Notes: a model not told the origin generated them from the sequence alone. A stretch of DNA of 25,171 bases from Octopus sinensis (GCF_006345805.1 NW_021836068.1:1-25171); one strand, 5' to 3'. Positions 9,481 to 21,830 are shown, counted from the first letter of the stretch. Program-made: numbers and translations.

Positions 9481-10057
9481 TGCTCATCATGCACGCAACA
9501 TTCAAATCCCCTCCCCCTACCACACGCCCTACTATAAAACCACCACGTGACACACTTCTCCACAACACTGCACAGAACACTGCTCCCCACCGCATCATGC
9601 CCACACCACATGCACCACCCGACGCCGCCCTGAACTGCACTATACTATACAACCGTCAATGAAGATATGATACAATGAGTTTCAGCTCCAGAATGGACAC
9701 TCCAGATGATTGATGAAGACAACAGTTCCATAATTCTTTCTTTCAATGAGGTCTCGAGTTCGCGTTGGCGGATGGGTCGTTAATGCGACGTTTTTTTTCG
9801 TTCTCTTTTACGGATGTTTGTTTTGTTGCTTTCTTTTAACTTTTGTGTATGTGCGCGATGGGGGACATCACTTTATGAAGATAAGGAGGTATATTTTTTT
9901 TTCTGGCTTATTTCTTGGACAGGAAATATAATTGTAAAATGACCAACGACAATAACAACAGCAACAATAATAATCATAAGAGTATTAATGCCTATTGTCT
10001 TCATCATATATCCAAAAGTTTATATGGAGTTCTGTAAAGTATAGATGTATTTTATTA

Positions 10058-10176
10058 TTTGTTTACTGCCCACAAGGGGCTAAACACATAGGGGACAAAC
10101 GGATTAAGTCGATTATATCGACCCCAGTGTGTAACTGGTATTTATCTAATCGACCCCGAAAGGAGGAAAGGTAAAG
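10058..10176 (-). mobile_element. SINE family A, 5'-truncated
   Basis: Reverse complement of 482-610 with a short internal deletion. Confidence 0.85.
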
Positions 10177-10563
10177 GGTGATCTCATATCAAGACAAACA
10201 GCGCATGACCTTGCAGGTGTGGCCCAGTTAGAATTTTCTTCTGGTTGAGTAACCCATCTCGCTCAAAAGGTCCCTGAATAAGATTTGTCTAAGGATGTTG
10301 AACAATACACCCATGTTTCCAGGGGTGAATTATTCTAACACCAAAGAATCCCTCTCAAGACATGGCTATGATGCTCCCCCACTACTTCTGCTCGTGATCA
10401 GAGATGCACATATCGTCAACCACAAAGGGACATGCTCAAGTGGTTAAGGTGAAACAACTGAGAAGCAAATCTGTGGACCGTGCAGAATATTTGCTGTAGC
10501 CCATCTTTTATACCAAGACAAAACAATGTACATGATAACACTTCCAATCAGTTAATATCAGAA
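10177..10563. mobile_element. Unclassified interspersed repeat D
   Basis: 10330-10500 has a diverged reverse-complement copy at 19863-20022; class not determinable; boundaries approximate. Confidence 0.6.
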
Positions 10564-10564
10564 A

Positions 10565-10787
10565 ATTATTATTATTTATTATTATCATTATTATTATTAT
10601 AACCCTTTCTAACTTTCGTCCTGTGTTTTGTCCCTTTATGTTTTAATTAATTTTTGTTAGCCCTTGTAGCCAATAAACGAATTAATTATTATTATTATTA
10701 TCATTATTATTATTATTATTATTATTATATTATTATTATTATTATTATGTATTATTATGTATTATTATTATTATTATTATTATTATC

Positions 10788-10813
<26 letters not shown>
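10565..10813. repeat. (TTA)n tracts with a decayed SINE A tail at about 10615-10680
   Basis: Directly visible; ttagcccttgtagccaataaacg resembles the family A tail. Confidence 0.85.
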
Positions 10814-10818
<5 letters not shown>

Positions 10819-10882
10819 TCACTGCCTGGAGTCGAACTCGGAATCTTGGGGTTAGTAGCCCGCGCTCTTAACCCCGCACGCC
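10814..10882 (-). mobile_element. Short tRNA-like SINE or tRNA pseudogene with (AAT)n tail
   Basis: Minus strand ggcgtgcggggttaagagcgcgggctactaaccccaagattccgagttcgactccaggcagtgacctga: A-box-like, B box gttcgactcc, anticodon-like hairpin, no acceptor stem; runs directly into (AAT)n. Confidence 0.75.
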
Positions 10883-11406
10883 ATATAAATTGGAGTAATA
10901 AGGATTACAACATTCATGCTTGCGATCGAAATCATAACCACAATTGGTCAATAATATACCACCAGTCAGTATTGTGCTGTATGTGTTAGCAGGGCGTTTA
11001 AGTAGTTATCAAAATTTATTCAAGAACGACGAAATTGTTTATCAGTTGTATATAGCACTTTCATAATCGCTTCAGTATATTATCTGATGTCCTGGGCAGT
11101 TATTTAGTACAGTTTCTATTGTCTGCACCTAACATTAACATTAATAAGCACACATTTCTACGTCTAGCTCGCAAGATGTTTTCTGCATAGATTTCTCCGA
11201 GATCATAGGTCAGCAAATAAATGAAGCTACGACTGAGCTGGGGTCCAACGAAAGTGAAACTGAAAGTGAAAGTAATAATGGTTTTACATTTCTTTTGCAC
11301 CTGTAACCACAGAAATATCTATAAACTCTTTCGATGGTTTGGTCTACTGGAACTGCTGCTAACGTCATTACTTTAACACTTCTAGTGACACTGCTGCGTA
11401 TAGAAG

Positions 11407-11448
11407 CTACTACTACTACTACTAGTGGTGGTGGAGGTGGTGGTGGGG

Positions 11449-11510
<62 letters not shown>

Positions 11511-11595
11511 CGTCGTAGTCGTCATCAACGTCGTCGTCGTAGTATTATTTTTATTATTATTATTATTATAATTATTATTATTAGTAGTAGTAGTG

Positions 11596-11626
<31 letters not shown>

Positions 11627-11637
11627 TAGTAGTAGTA

Positions 11638-11721
<84 letters not shown>

Positions 11722-11915
11722 TCGTTGCAATTATTGTCGTCAACGAATGTTATTAAAATTTAAAATCAAATCTCCATTCTGCTCGTCGTAGTCGTTGACA
11801 TCATCATCATCAACATCAACATCACCATCATCATCAACATCACCATCATCATCATCAACATGATCCCAACCACCACCACCATCCTTATCATCATCATCAT
11901 AATCATCATCATCAT
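11407..11915. repeat. Compound trinucleotide microsatellites (ACT/GGT/AGT/CGT/ATT, then CAT)
   Basis: Directly visible. Confidence 0.95.
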
Positions 11916-12296
11916 TCATTCAAAATCTACATAAAATGACATTTTTTTCTGCCTTTCGTTCGTCTACGAATGCTATTATTTTTTTTTTTTGTTTTTCCGT
12001 ATAGGGCTGTCTGTGGATGTGTGACTGTATGTGAATGGGGGTATGCAGTTGGATTAGGGTGTTGTTTGTGGGCCCCTATTTTCCAAGCAATTCACTATAA
12101 TACCATCATATTACTATTTCGCATAATGACTGATGAGAAATTTATTTTCTTTCTTTCCAGTTCTCCATTTGAATCGAAACATCTCAAAGAAAATATAAAA
12201 CTAGACCCTTCCGGTGTCAGTTTCTGATCCGTCTCACACCACTCGTGTTATATGTACCTCTTCCTCTCTCACTGGATGTGTGAGCTTGTACCTGAA

Positions 12297-12600
12297 TGTG
12301 TGTATATGTGTGTTGGCTTTTCTCTTTGTGTGCGTCTGTGGTATTTCGTGTGTGTGTCGTGTGTGAAGTGTGTGTATGTGTGTTGGCTTTTCTCTTTGTG
12401 TGTGTCTGTGGTATTTCGTATGTGTGTCGTGTGTGAAGTGTGTGTATGTGTGTTGGCTTTTCTCTTTGTGTACGTCTGTGGTATTTCGTGTGTGTGTCGT
12501 GTGTGAAGTGTGTGTATGTGTGTTGGCTTTTCTCTTTGTGTGTGTCTGTGGTATTTCGTGTGTGTGTGTGTGTCGTGTGTGAAGTGTGCGTATGTGTGTT
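12297..12600. repeat. 70-bp minisatellite, about 4 copies
   Basis: Anchor ttggcttttctctttgtg at 12313, 12383, 12453 and 12523. Confidence 0.93.
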
Positions 12601-12624
12601 AGATTTTTTTTCTTTCTGTGTGTA

Positions 12625-12915
12625 CGTGTGTTGGTTTTCTGTGTGTATGTGTGTGTTAGTGTGTCGTGAAGTTTTGTGAATGTGTGAATGTTCGTGGTTG
12701 TGTGTGTGTTTGTGCGTGTGGAGCGTGTTTATGCAGCGTGTGTGAGTGTGCGTAACGTGTGTGTGTATGTGTGTTGGTTTTCTATGTGTATGTGTGTGTT
12801 AGTGTGTCGTGAAGTTTTGTGAACGTGTGAATGTGCGTGGTTGTGTGTGTGTTTGTGCGTGTGGAGCGTGTTTATGCAGCGTGTGTGAGTGTGTGTAGCG
12901 AGTGTGTGTGTATGT
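12625..12915. repeat. 143-bp tandem duplication in GT-rich DNA
   Basis: Anchors ttggttttct at 12631/12774 and gaagttttgtgaa at 12668/12811. Confidence 0.88.
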
Positions 12916-13794
12916 GAGCGGGTTTTCTGTGTGTGAGTGTGTGGTGTTTCGTGTGTGTGTTGTGTGTGTGCTTGTGTGACGTGCACTAGTGTGCTGTGCC
13001 TGTATGTGAGTATGTATGCTATACGTGTCGTGCATGTTTATGCAGCGTGTGTGTGTGTGTGTGTGTGTGTGTTGTGTATATGTATACATAGTGTGTGTGC
13101 ATATATATATGTGTGTGTCTGTATGGCGTGTGCGCGTGTTTGTTACATGAGTATATATATGTGTGTGTGTGTGTGTGTTTGGCGTGTGTGCATACGTTTT
13201 GTTAGTGTATGTATGCGTAGCATATTTGTAAGTGTGTGTGCGTGTGAGTGTGTTTATGGCGTGTACGTGCGTGTGTCTGTTGTGTTGTGGTGTGTGCGCG
13301 TGTAGTGAGGGTGTATGTATGTTCGTGCGTGTATGTATGGTGTATGTATCCTGCAGTGAGTGTGCCACTGTGTATGTGCCACTGTGTATGTGCCACTGTG
13401 TATGTGCCACTGGGCCTTTATGTCCGAAGGTGTGTGCGCGTGCATGTCTGGCATGATGCGATTTGTATATATGCGTGAGACATATATTTGCGAAGTGTGT
13501 ACGTGTGTGTGTAGCGTGTGTTGGGTGTAAGTATGTGTGTGTATGCATGTGTTTGTGTGTGTGTGTGGCGTGTTTGGTGTGTATATGAGTGTGTGCACGA
13601 ACTTGCATATGTTTGTGTCTTTGCTTGTATGTGTGCGTGTGCGTCGTCGTCGTTGGTTTGTGTGTATATGTATGATACCACGTTCTTGTGTGCGCGCTGC
13701 TGTGTCTGCATGTGTACGCATGCGTGTATGGTTTGTATTGGAAGAGATTAGCAATGATAGTAGAGGTAAAGGCGATGGTGGTGACGGACATGCA

Positions 13795-13846
<52 letters not shown>

Positions 13847-13857
13847 GTAATGATGAC
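12916..13857. repeat. Degenerate (GT)n field including a 14-bp repeat (tgtgccactgtgta x3.7 at 13361-13412), then (GAT)n
   Basis: Directly visible; explains the 367-aa His/Thr ORF. Confidence 0.9.
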
Positions 13858-14083
13858 TATCGAAGTCACGTGGATACTGAAGCTCGTCTTGTTTATCTTC
13901 ATGTCAGCAATGATTTAACTGCCTTATGATCAAATGTGCTCCGACCGTGACCATCCTGCATTTAGTCCTGTGTACAAAAAACCCACGATCACTTTTACCC
14001 AATATGTGTACGAAAGATTTCATCAGCTCACCGCCATAGATACACCTCTAATGAAGGGCATTCCAGCCTTGACCATCTCAACA

Positions 14084-14350
14084 GTAGGCGTGGCTATGTG
14101 GAGAGAAGCTCGCTTCCCAGCCACATGGTTTAGTCCCACAGTGTGGCACCCTGGGTAGATGTTTTCTACTATAGTCTCGGGCTGACTGAAGATTTGTATG
14201 TGGATGTGTGTGTGTGTGTGTGTGTGTATGTGTGTGTGTGTATGTTTGCTCCACCGTCACCACCACCACCACCACCACCAACACCACCACCACCACCAAC
14301 ACCACCACCACCAGCACCACCACCAACACCACCGCTTGACAACCGGTGTG
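14084..14350 (+). mobile_element. Degenerate SINE family B with internal (GT)n and (CCA)n expansions
   Basis: ggcgtggctatgtgg...ccacatggtttagtcccacagtgtggcaccctggg...ctactatag and gcttgacaaccg match 20108-20348. Confidence 0.75.
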
Positions 14351-14986
14351 TATATATATATATACATATACATGCCTTCATATATAGACACAGACATGTA
14401 CACTTAAGTATATATAAATAGTTATATTTATACGTACATGCATATTTTTCGATACATGCACACATATTTACATAGCGTACTTATGTAAGTATATATATAT
14501 ATATATATACATATATATATTTATATATATATATATATATATGTACGTATGCGCTCACTGATAGAAACACACGCACATACATGTGTATATATGCACACAT
14601 CTACATACTCACATACACACACGCACACATACGACTGTCAACAAGAATATGGTCGAGAGAGCACATCCATTCGATGAGAAAGTTAGACAACGAAAAAGAC
14701 AAAATAGTTAGTCTAAGCTATCTTCCAGAACCTTGGTTTTCAAAGAAGTAAAAATAAATAAATAAATAAATAAATGGATAAAAACGGGACATTAAATGCT
14801 GGAGTGGAACTTAGAAGAGCATAAAATGTGTGAAATAAAATTTAATCAGAAAATTTTATGAAAAATTTAAGAATTGAAAGAAAAATTTCCTAAAATATGA
14901 AAAACATGGTGTGATGATATGGACAAGAAAAAATATCTTGGAACGGAAAAGAAAAGTGCGTGTGAAGCCTTAGAAGATGTATTTAG

Positions 14987-15017
<31 letters not shown>

Positions 15018-15042
15018 ATCTATCTATCTATCTATCTATCTA

Positions 15043-15141
<99 letters not shown>

Positions 15142-15165
15142 ATATCTGTTTGTCTGTCTATCAAT

Positions 15166-15210
<45 letters not shown>

Positions 15211-15211
15211 C

Positions 15212-15268
<57 letters not shown>
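14987..15268. repeat. (ATCT)n tetranucleotide microsatellite
   Basis: Directly visible. Confidence 0.97.
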
Positions 15269-15379
15269 GTTAGGCGTCTCTCTCTCTTTCTCTCTCTATC
15301 TGTTTAACTAGGTAAATGTCTAAATGCTTGCGTATGTTTGTATGTTTGTATATATATGTATGTATGTATGTACGTATAA

Positions 15380-15411
<32 letters not shown>

Positions 15412-16329
15412 TAATATTTGCACAAGTGATTATGCATATGTTATAAAAGCATGGACGTATATGCATAAATGCGTATGTATGTGGGTATGTCCACGTGCGC
15501 AAGCGTGTATGTATCGTAACCTATTTATAAATACATACGCTGCGATATTGACGTTGCCAGTTTTTCGGTTCTCTTCGCCTTTTTCCAGTTTCCTTCAATA
15601 GTTCGTTTGTAAGTGATAAATTCTTTTACGACTGCCTTTCTTAGTTCTTGATCGCAAAAATCGCGTTATCTTACTGCTGTATAAATGTTAGAAGCACCGT
15701 CATTTATCACATATTTCATGGAAATCTGTTATATAACAAACAGTTTAATAAGGAGATGTATATAGAAAAATGACAATCTTAAGGCATCAGGAAATCATTA
15801 TAACTATAGCATTTTTCGATCTCCATTATAAATCTTAAAGTTTGTCTATATTTGTTACGCTGTCTCCGAGGATTTGATAATGTAATCTGCTCATAAGCTT
15901 TTGAGTATATAACAAATAATGAATCATTATTAATGAAATACCCGTAAGATGACGTAACCTAATTACTTTTGAGCGAACACTTCAGTATTCATTTCTCTGT
16001 ACCGTGTAGTCAGTGAAGATAAGCTCAAATTATAATGTAAATGTTTTCTTTGCAGTTTTTGTCTTTCAAATATTTGTAAATATTTGTTAGACGTCATGCG
16101 ATTTAAATCTAAATGACACAGACACATACACACATTACACTACACACATGCATGTGTGTATGGGAGTGTCTGTACATACACCGTTGTACTTATCTTTCTA
16201 TTTTCTCTCTAAACTCTCATCTATTCATTCAGTTATTTATCCTTTCACCTATCCTGTTACCTACCCACCCGTACACTCAGCAATCGTTTCTTCGAACCAG
16301 TCCTCTATCTATAGATCATCTATATATCA

Positions 16330-17175
16330 ACCATCCATCAGTCCTTCGTTCTAATGATCCATCCATCCATCTAATGATCCATTCCTCCACCCATCCAAAC
16401 CGAGCATCCAGTCACGATACCTCCATCCATGCATCCATGCATCCATACATCAACTCATCCATCCATCTCTCTCCCTTCCTCAATCCATCCTTGTAGCCAT
16501 CCTTGTATGAATCAGTTCCTCTCTCTGTCCACTCATCCAACTGTCCATCCATTCATTCATTCATCGGCCCAACCATCCATCCATCCATCCATCCATCCAG
16601 CCAGCCAGCCAGCCAGCCAGCCAACCAGTAACCCATCTATCCCACTATCCATCCATCCATCCATCCGTCCATCCGTCCATTTATCCATTCCTCCATCCAA
16701 CCTCCGCCTCCCCGTGCTTCCGTCACACCCATCTATCCGTCCCTCCATCCCTCCATCAATTCGTCCATCCATCCCTCCGTCCACTCAGCCATTCCTCCAT
16801 TCATCCCTCCCTCCCTCCATCCATCCATACGTACATACCTACATACGAACATTCATCCATCCATTCATCCATCCATCCACCCACCCATCCATCGATCCAT
16901 CGATCGATCCATCCAGCCATACATATATACATACATACATATATACATCAATCCAAGCAGCCATCCTTCGAGCCACCCATCCATCCATCCATCCACCCAT
17001 CCATCCATCCATCCATCCATCCATCCATCCATCCATCCATACATACATACATATATACATCAATCCAAGCAGCCATCCTTCCAACCACCCATCCATCCAT
17101 CCATCCCCCGTCCCACCTTCCATCCATCCATCCATCCATCCATCCATCCATCCATACATACATACATACATACAA

Positions 17176-17208
<33 letters not shown>

Positions 17209-17298
17209 CATACATACATACATATATACATCAATCCAAGCAGCCATCCTTCGAGCTACCCATCCATCCATCCATCCATCCATCCATCCCCCGTCCCA

Positions 17299-17330
<32 letters not shown>

Positions 17331-17362
17331 CCGTCCATCCATCTAACCATACCTTCATCCAT
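16330..17362. repeat. (CCAT)n/(CATA)n field with a thrice-repeated unique motif
   Basis: tacatcaatccaagcagccatccttc at 16944, 17056 and 17227; source of the 305-aa HPSI ORF. Confidence 0.93.
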
Positions 17363-17692
17363 TCAGCAACAAAAAAATCAATATCACTCCATCACACCTA
17401 TTGTCCGCATCTCCTTGTGTTTCGTCGTGTATTCTGTTATATATTCAGGTATGTATTACCAGTCCCTTTTCTCCATCCGTCCATTCGTCCGTCCGTTTGC
17501 CTGTCTTTTTTTAGGAAAAGATCTGTATTGATTTCCTCTTTATCGATCTGCTATATTACTTTTCCTTTATTTTGCCATTCAATCTTTTTGCTTATTTATT
17601 TATTTATTTATTTATTTATTCATTTCGTTGACTGTTTTCTAGATTATTCTTATGCGTTTTGCTGCACTTGTTGTTGTTATTCTTATTGCTAA

Positions 17693-17731
<39 letters not shown>

Positions 17732-18041
17732 CATTTTGCTTTAGTTGTTTTGGTTTTTGTTTTTGTTCTTTAGCAAACAAGCACACAAACACACACACAT
17801 AAAAAAAAAGAGAACAGAACAAATCAAAATCCCCCCCCCACCAAAAAAGAACAAAAAAAAAGAACAAAAAAAAAACGAAGAGCGAACGCAAACACATCAT
17901 TACAATTCCATAGAAATCTACTTTACCTCACCACACCCCCCCCCCAGCGTCAAACCATCCCTACCTCGATCGCCGCCACCAAAGACATCACATCCAATAC
18001 CACCTCTTCATCAATTGCCGCGACCGCTGCTGCGATGTGGT

Positions 18042-18055
18042 TGATGATGATGATG

Positions 18056-18101
<46 letters not shown>

Positions 18102-18106
18102 TAAAG

Positions 18107-18143
<37 letters not shown>

Positions 18144-18238
18144 CGATGATAATAATGATGACAATAATAATAATAATAATGATAATAATGATGGTAATAA
18201 TAATAATAATGGTAATAATAATAATAATGATAATAATG

Positions 18239-18271
<33 letters not shown>

Positions 18272-18320
18272 TTAATGATGATGATGATGATGAGGAGGAG
18301 GAGGAGGAGGAGGAGGAGGA
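18042..18320. repeat. (GAT)/(AAT)n/(GAG)n compound microsatellite
   Basis: Directly visible. Confidence 0.96.
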
Positions 18321-18326
18321 AAACAG

Positions 18327-19532
18327 CAAGATGGAAATGCGGCAGCTGTTGTTGCAAAGAAGTTGAAATCAATGGCAAAGCAAAAAGCGTTTGAGCAATT
18401 GGCTGATGGGTGGCAACAAAAACCTCTGTATGGCAAATTATGAGACCCGTAGCAAACAAGCTAATGTAGACCAAAAGTACACCCATCAGTGGCTGCATAG
18501 CTCAGGGCTAAAGGCAGAGAGCAAAGGCTTTATCTCAGCTGCTCAAGATCAGAGCTTATTGACCCGGAACTACCAAACCAACGTAATGAAAAATGGAGAC
18601 CCAAAGTGCCGATACTGGAACGATGAGATTGAAACAATGGCGCATAAATCATGACATGACAGAGTTGGACAATATCTACACTGGGTAATATGTTTGACAT
18701 TATAAAATCAAAACTGCTGACAAATGGTACAAGCGCCACCCTCAGGGAGAAAATATAACGATTCTTTGCGATTTTCCAGTACATACAGAACGAACCATCA
18801 TAGCAAAAATACCAGATATTGTTGTGAAAGACCAAAACAATGAAGTCTGTTTATTGATTGACATGAGCAGACCCTGTGACCATGATATCTCGACAAAAGA
18901 ATTTGATAAGCTCAGAAAATATAAAGATTTGCTGACTGAAATTTGAAACAATGTGGCATATAAAGACGGTTACAGTACCTATTTCTTTACTACCCACAAG
19001 GGGCTAAACACAGAAAGGACAAACAAGGACAGACAAACGGATTAAGTCGATTATATCGACCCCAGTGCGTAACAGGTACTTATTTAATTGACCCCGAAAG
19101 GATGAAAGGCAAAGTCGACCTCGGCGGAATTTGAACTCAGAACGTAACAGCAGACGAAATATCATTTCTTTACTACACACAAGGGGTTAAACACAGAGAA
19201 GACAAACAAGGACAGACAAATGGATTAAGTCGATTATATCGATCCCAGTGAGTAACTGGTACTTAATTTATCGACCCCGAAAGGATGAAAGGCAAAGTCG
19301 ACCTCGGCGGAATTTGAACTCAGAACGTAACGGTAGACGAAATACCGCTAAGCATTTCACCCGGCGTGCTAAAGATTCTGCCAGCTCGTCGTCTTAAGGA
19401 GCACTTGGAATGATCCAAAAAGGAACTGAAAGTTATTTGAGGATGATCCCTGGCTTACCATCCGTGCAGGCAATGCAAACAATTGTCTTAACGGGTACGT
19501 TACACGTATTGAGAAGAACATTATCGCTGTGA
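18327..19532 (+). pseudogene. 5'-truncated R4/Dong-like RLE non-LTR retrotransposon (zinc knuckle remnant plus restriction-like endonuclease), interrupted by SINE A
   Basis: Translation across frameshifts and stops: WQQKPLYGK, WLHSSGLKAESKGFISAAQDQSLLTRNY, KCRYW..EIETM, (R)HDRVGQYLHWVIC, ILCDFPVHTERTIIAKIPDIVVKD..CLLIDMSRPCD..KEFDKLRKYKDL, MWHIKTVTVP [SINE] GALGMIQKG..MQTIVLTGTLHVLRRTLSL*. The RHD, PD..D and K..KY motifs are established for RLE domains. Confidence 0.92.
18980..19393 (-). mobile_element. SINE family A, head plus duplicated body, nested in the R4-like element
   Basis: Reverse complement of 385-792; unit junction at 19161/19162; the host ORF resumes at 19398 (GALG). Confidence 0.92.
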
Positions 19533-19862
19533 ATTTTCTTTATTTTCCCCCTTATTTTCTTTGTTTTCTTTTTTCTTTTTTCCTTCTTTCCCCTGTCTTC
19601 CTTTTTTTTTCTATCTCATGACTTTGCAAATGAACAATCTGGAGTGTTTATTTTAATGGCCTACCAATGTCGTCAGTGAATTTCTGTGTAACAACATTTT
19701 AATTTCTTTTTCTTCTTTAGTCACTAAGCATTATTTTTTATTTGCTTCTATTTAGAAATCAAAGGACTTTTATTACCTGGGCATCAATATTTTGAAACTG
19801 ACCCATTTTCCCATTACATTTCAGACAGATTTAGCACTGTGCTGCTGCAGCAAAAATATCAT

Positions 19863-20022
19863 TATAGCAAATATTCTGCTCCATACCACAAATATGCTTG
19901 ATTTTAGGCACTTGAGCATGTCCCTTAGTAGCTTACAATATGTGTATCTCTGATCATGAACAAGAGTAACGGGAGAGCATCATAGCCTTGTGCTGAAAGG
20001 AAGAGCTATTTGTGATTTGAAT
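19863..20022. mobile_element. Diverged fragment of repeat D, opposite orientation to 10177-10563
   Basis: cagaatatttgct, cacttgagcatgtccc, atctctgatca and agcatcatagcc blocks shared in reverse complement. Confidence 0.65.
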
Positions 20023-20104
20023 AACTGTAACAGAATCAAAGTTTGAAGGAAATATTAACCATTTTCCATACTTTCTTGGGATAAACAAATAGGAAATAAC
20101 AGTT

Positions 20105-20507
20105 GCAGGAGTGGCTATGTGGTAAGTAGCTTGCTAACCAACCAGATGGTTCCGGGTTCAGTCCCACTGCGTGGCATCTTGGGCAAGTGTCTTCTGCTAT
20201 AGCCCCGGACCGACCAATGCCATGTGAGTGGATTTGGTAGACGGAAACTGAAAGAAGCCTGTCGTATATATGTATGTATATATATATATATGTGTGTGTA
20301 TGTGTTTGTGTGTCTGTGTTTGTCCCCCTAGCATTGCTTGACAACCGATGCAGGTGTGTTTACGTCCCCGTCACTTAGCGGTTCGGCGAAAGAGACCGAT
20401 AGAATAAGTACTGGGCTTACAAAGAATAAGTCCCGGGGTCGATTTGCTCGACTAAAAGGCGGTGCTCCAGCATGGCCGCAGTCAAATGACTGAAACAACT
20501 AAAAGAG
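20105..20507 (+). mobile_element. SINE family B, full length
   Basis: Collinear with 5513-5890; 3' hairpin cagtc-aaat-gactg. Confidence 0.92.
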
Positions 20508-20593
20508 TTGCTACCCAAGGACAAATCGTGTTACACAGTGTAATTCTTTTCACATGACAGAAGGAAACTCTTGTATTTCTCAAGCAAAAATTT

Positions 20594-20725
20594 ACATAAT
20601 CATGGCGACGTTGAACTGCAACCATATAGACGGCGTCGCAAACGCCTGCAACACCTCGAACATAATCATGGTGTCGCAGCACAGCGACCATATAAACGGT
20701 GTCCCTAACGCCTGCAACACCTACA
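20594..20725. repeat. 66-bp diverged tandem dimer
   Basis: acataatcatgg at 20594/20660; accatata and aacgcctgcaacacct also recur at period 66. Confidence 0.85.
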
Positions 20726-20999
20726 ATTCGCCTTCTCTCAACACTTCAGTCACGATAGTCAGAAACAACCACATCCAGTATCGACTCACCGACGTCTTTA
20801 TTAACGGGATTCGCCATACGTATTGCTCTTCCGCCATTTTTTCCCCTCCGTTTAAATATTCAAAACAATGTAGAGCAACAAAGAGGATAACATGCGCGCA
20901 TGCACGGATGCATACATGCATGTTTTATACATATAAGATTGCATATATTATGCATATATGCATAGATGACATACATCTTCAATCACATGCACCGCTCCC

Positions 21000-21147
21000 A
21001 CATGCATACATGTATATATATATGTGTGTATATATGTATGTATGTATATAAATATACATGTATACACACATACATACACATATAGATATATATCTATATT
21101 TATATATATATACAAGCATATATTTGTATATGTACAAGTACATGACA

Positions 21148-21180
<33 letters not shown>

Positions 21181-21553
21181 TAGATATATATATATATATA
21201 TTATATATATATATATACATATATATATACACACATACATATATATATAATTTATTTTTTGCATAGGAATACATATATGTGTTTATGTGTGTGTACATAA
21301 GCATATACAGGCTCAAACAGACCTATATATTTGCATAAATATATATATATATATATAAATAAATAGATATATATAGAGAGAGAGAGATTTATATATACAT
21401 TTTTATATACGATATGTATGTGTGTGTGTGTGTGTGTGGTGTGTTCTTCAAGCGGAGTACAATGTTGCTTGTATTGAGAGAGATGAGAGAGGGAGAGAGG
21501 AGAGAGAGAGAGAGGGAGGAGATGAGCCGACGAGAGGAGAGGAGATGAGAGAG

Positions 21554-21587
<34 letters not shown>

Positions 21588-21830
21588 GATTATCGGGTGT
21601 AGAAATGTCGTACTACTCGTATCTAAATAATTCTTGGCAAATTATAAAATTCGATCAAAATACATCCACCTACATACGTCCAGCACACAGCCCTAGTACG
21701 TAGAACGGGAATACATACATACATACATACATACATACATTCATACATACATACATACATACATACATACATACATACATACATACATACATACATACAT
21801 GCATACATACATATATACATACAAAGACAC
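21000..21830. repeat. TA, GT, GA and (CATA)n microsatellites
   Basis: Directly visible. Confidence 0.92.

Noticed and set aside
10814-10882. Functional tRNA gene (also SINE heads at 385, 2353, 5513 and 20105)
   Set aside because: No pairing acceptor stem or complete cloverleaf; these are SINE heads.
11191-11305. Possible exon DFSEIIGQQINEATTELGSNESETES after ttttctgcatag
   Set aside because: Weak splice signals and no recognisable homology.
12297-12600. Regularly spaced repeats resembling a CRISPR array
   Set aside because: The intervening sequence is also repeated (no unique spacers), there are no cas genes, and the context is eukaryotic.
12799-13902. 367-aa His/Thr-rich ORF, and similar long ORFs at 3072-3776, 16429-17346, 17950-18498 and 8827-9391
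   Set aside because: Translations of (CA)n, (CCAT)n and trinucleotide repeats that lack stops by composition; no domain signal.
14640-14985. Purine-rich stretch resembling decayed coding sequence (KEKFPKI*KTWCDDMDKKKYLG)
   Set aside because: Multiple stops and no motif I can assign.
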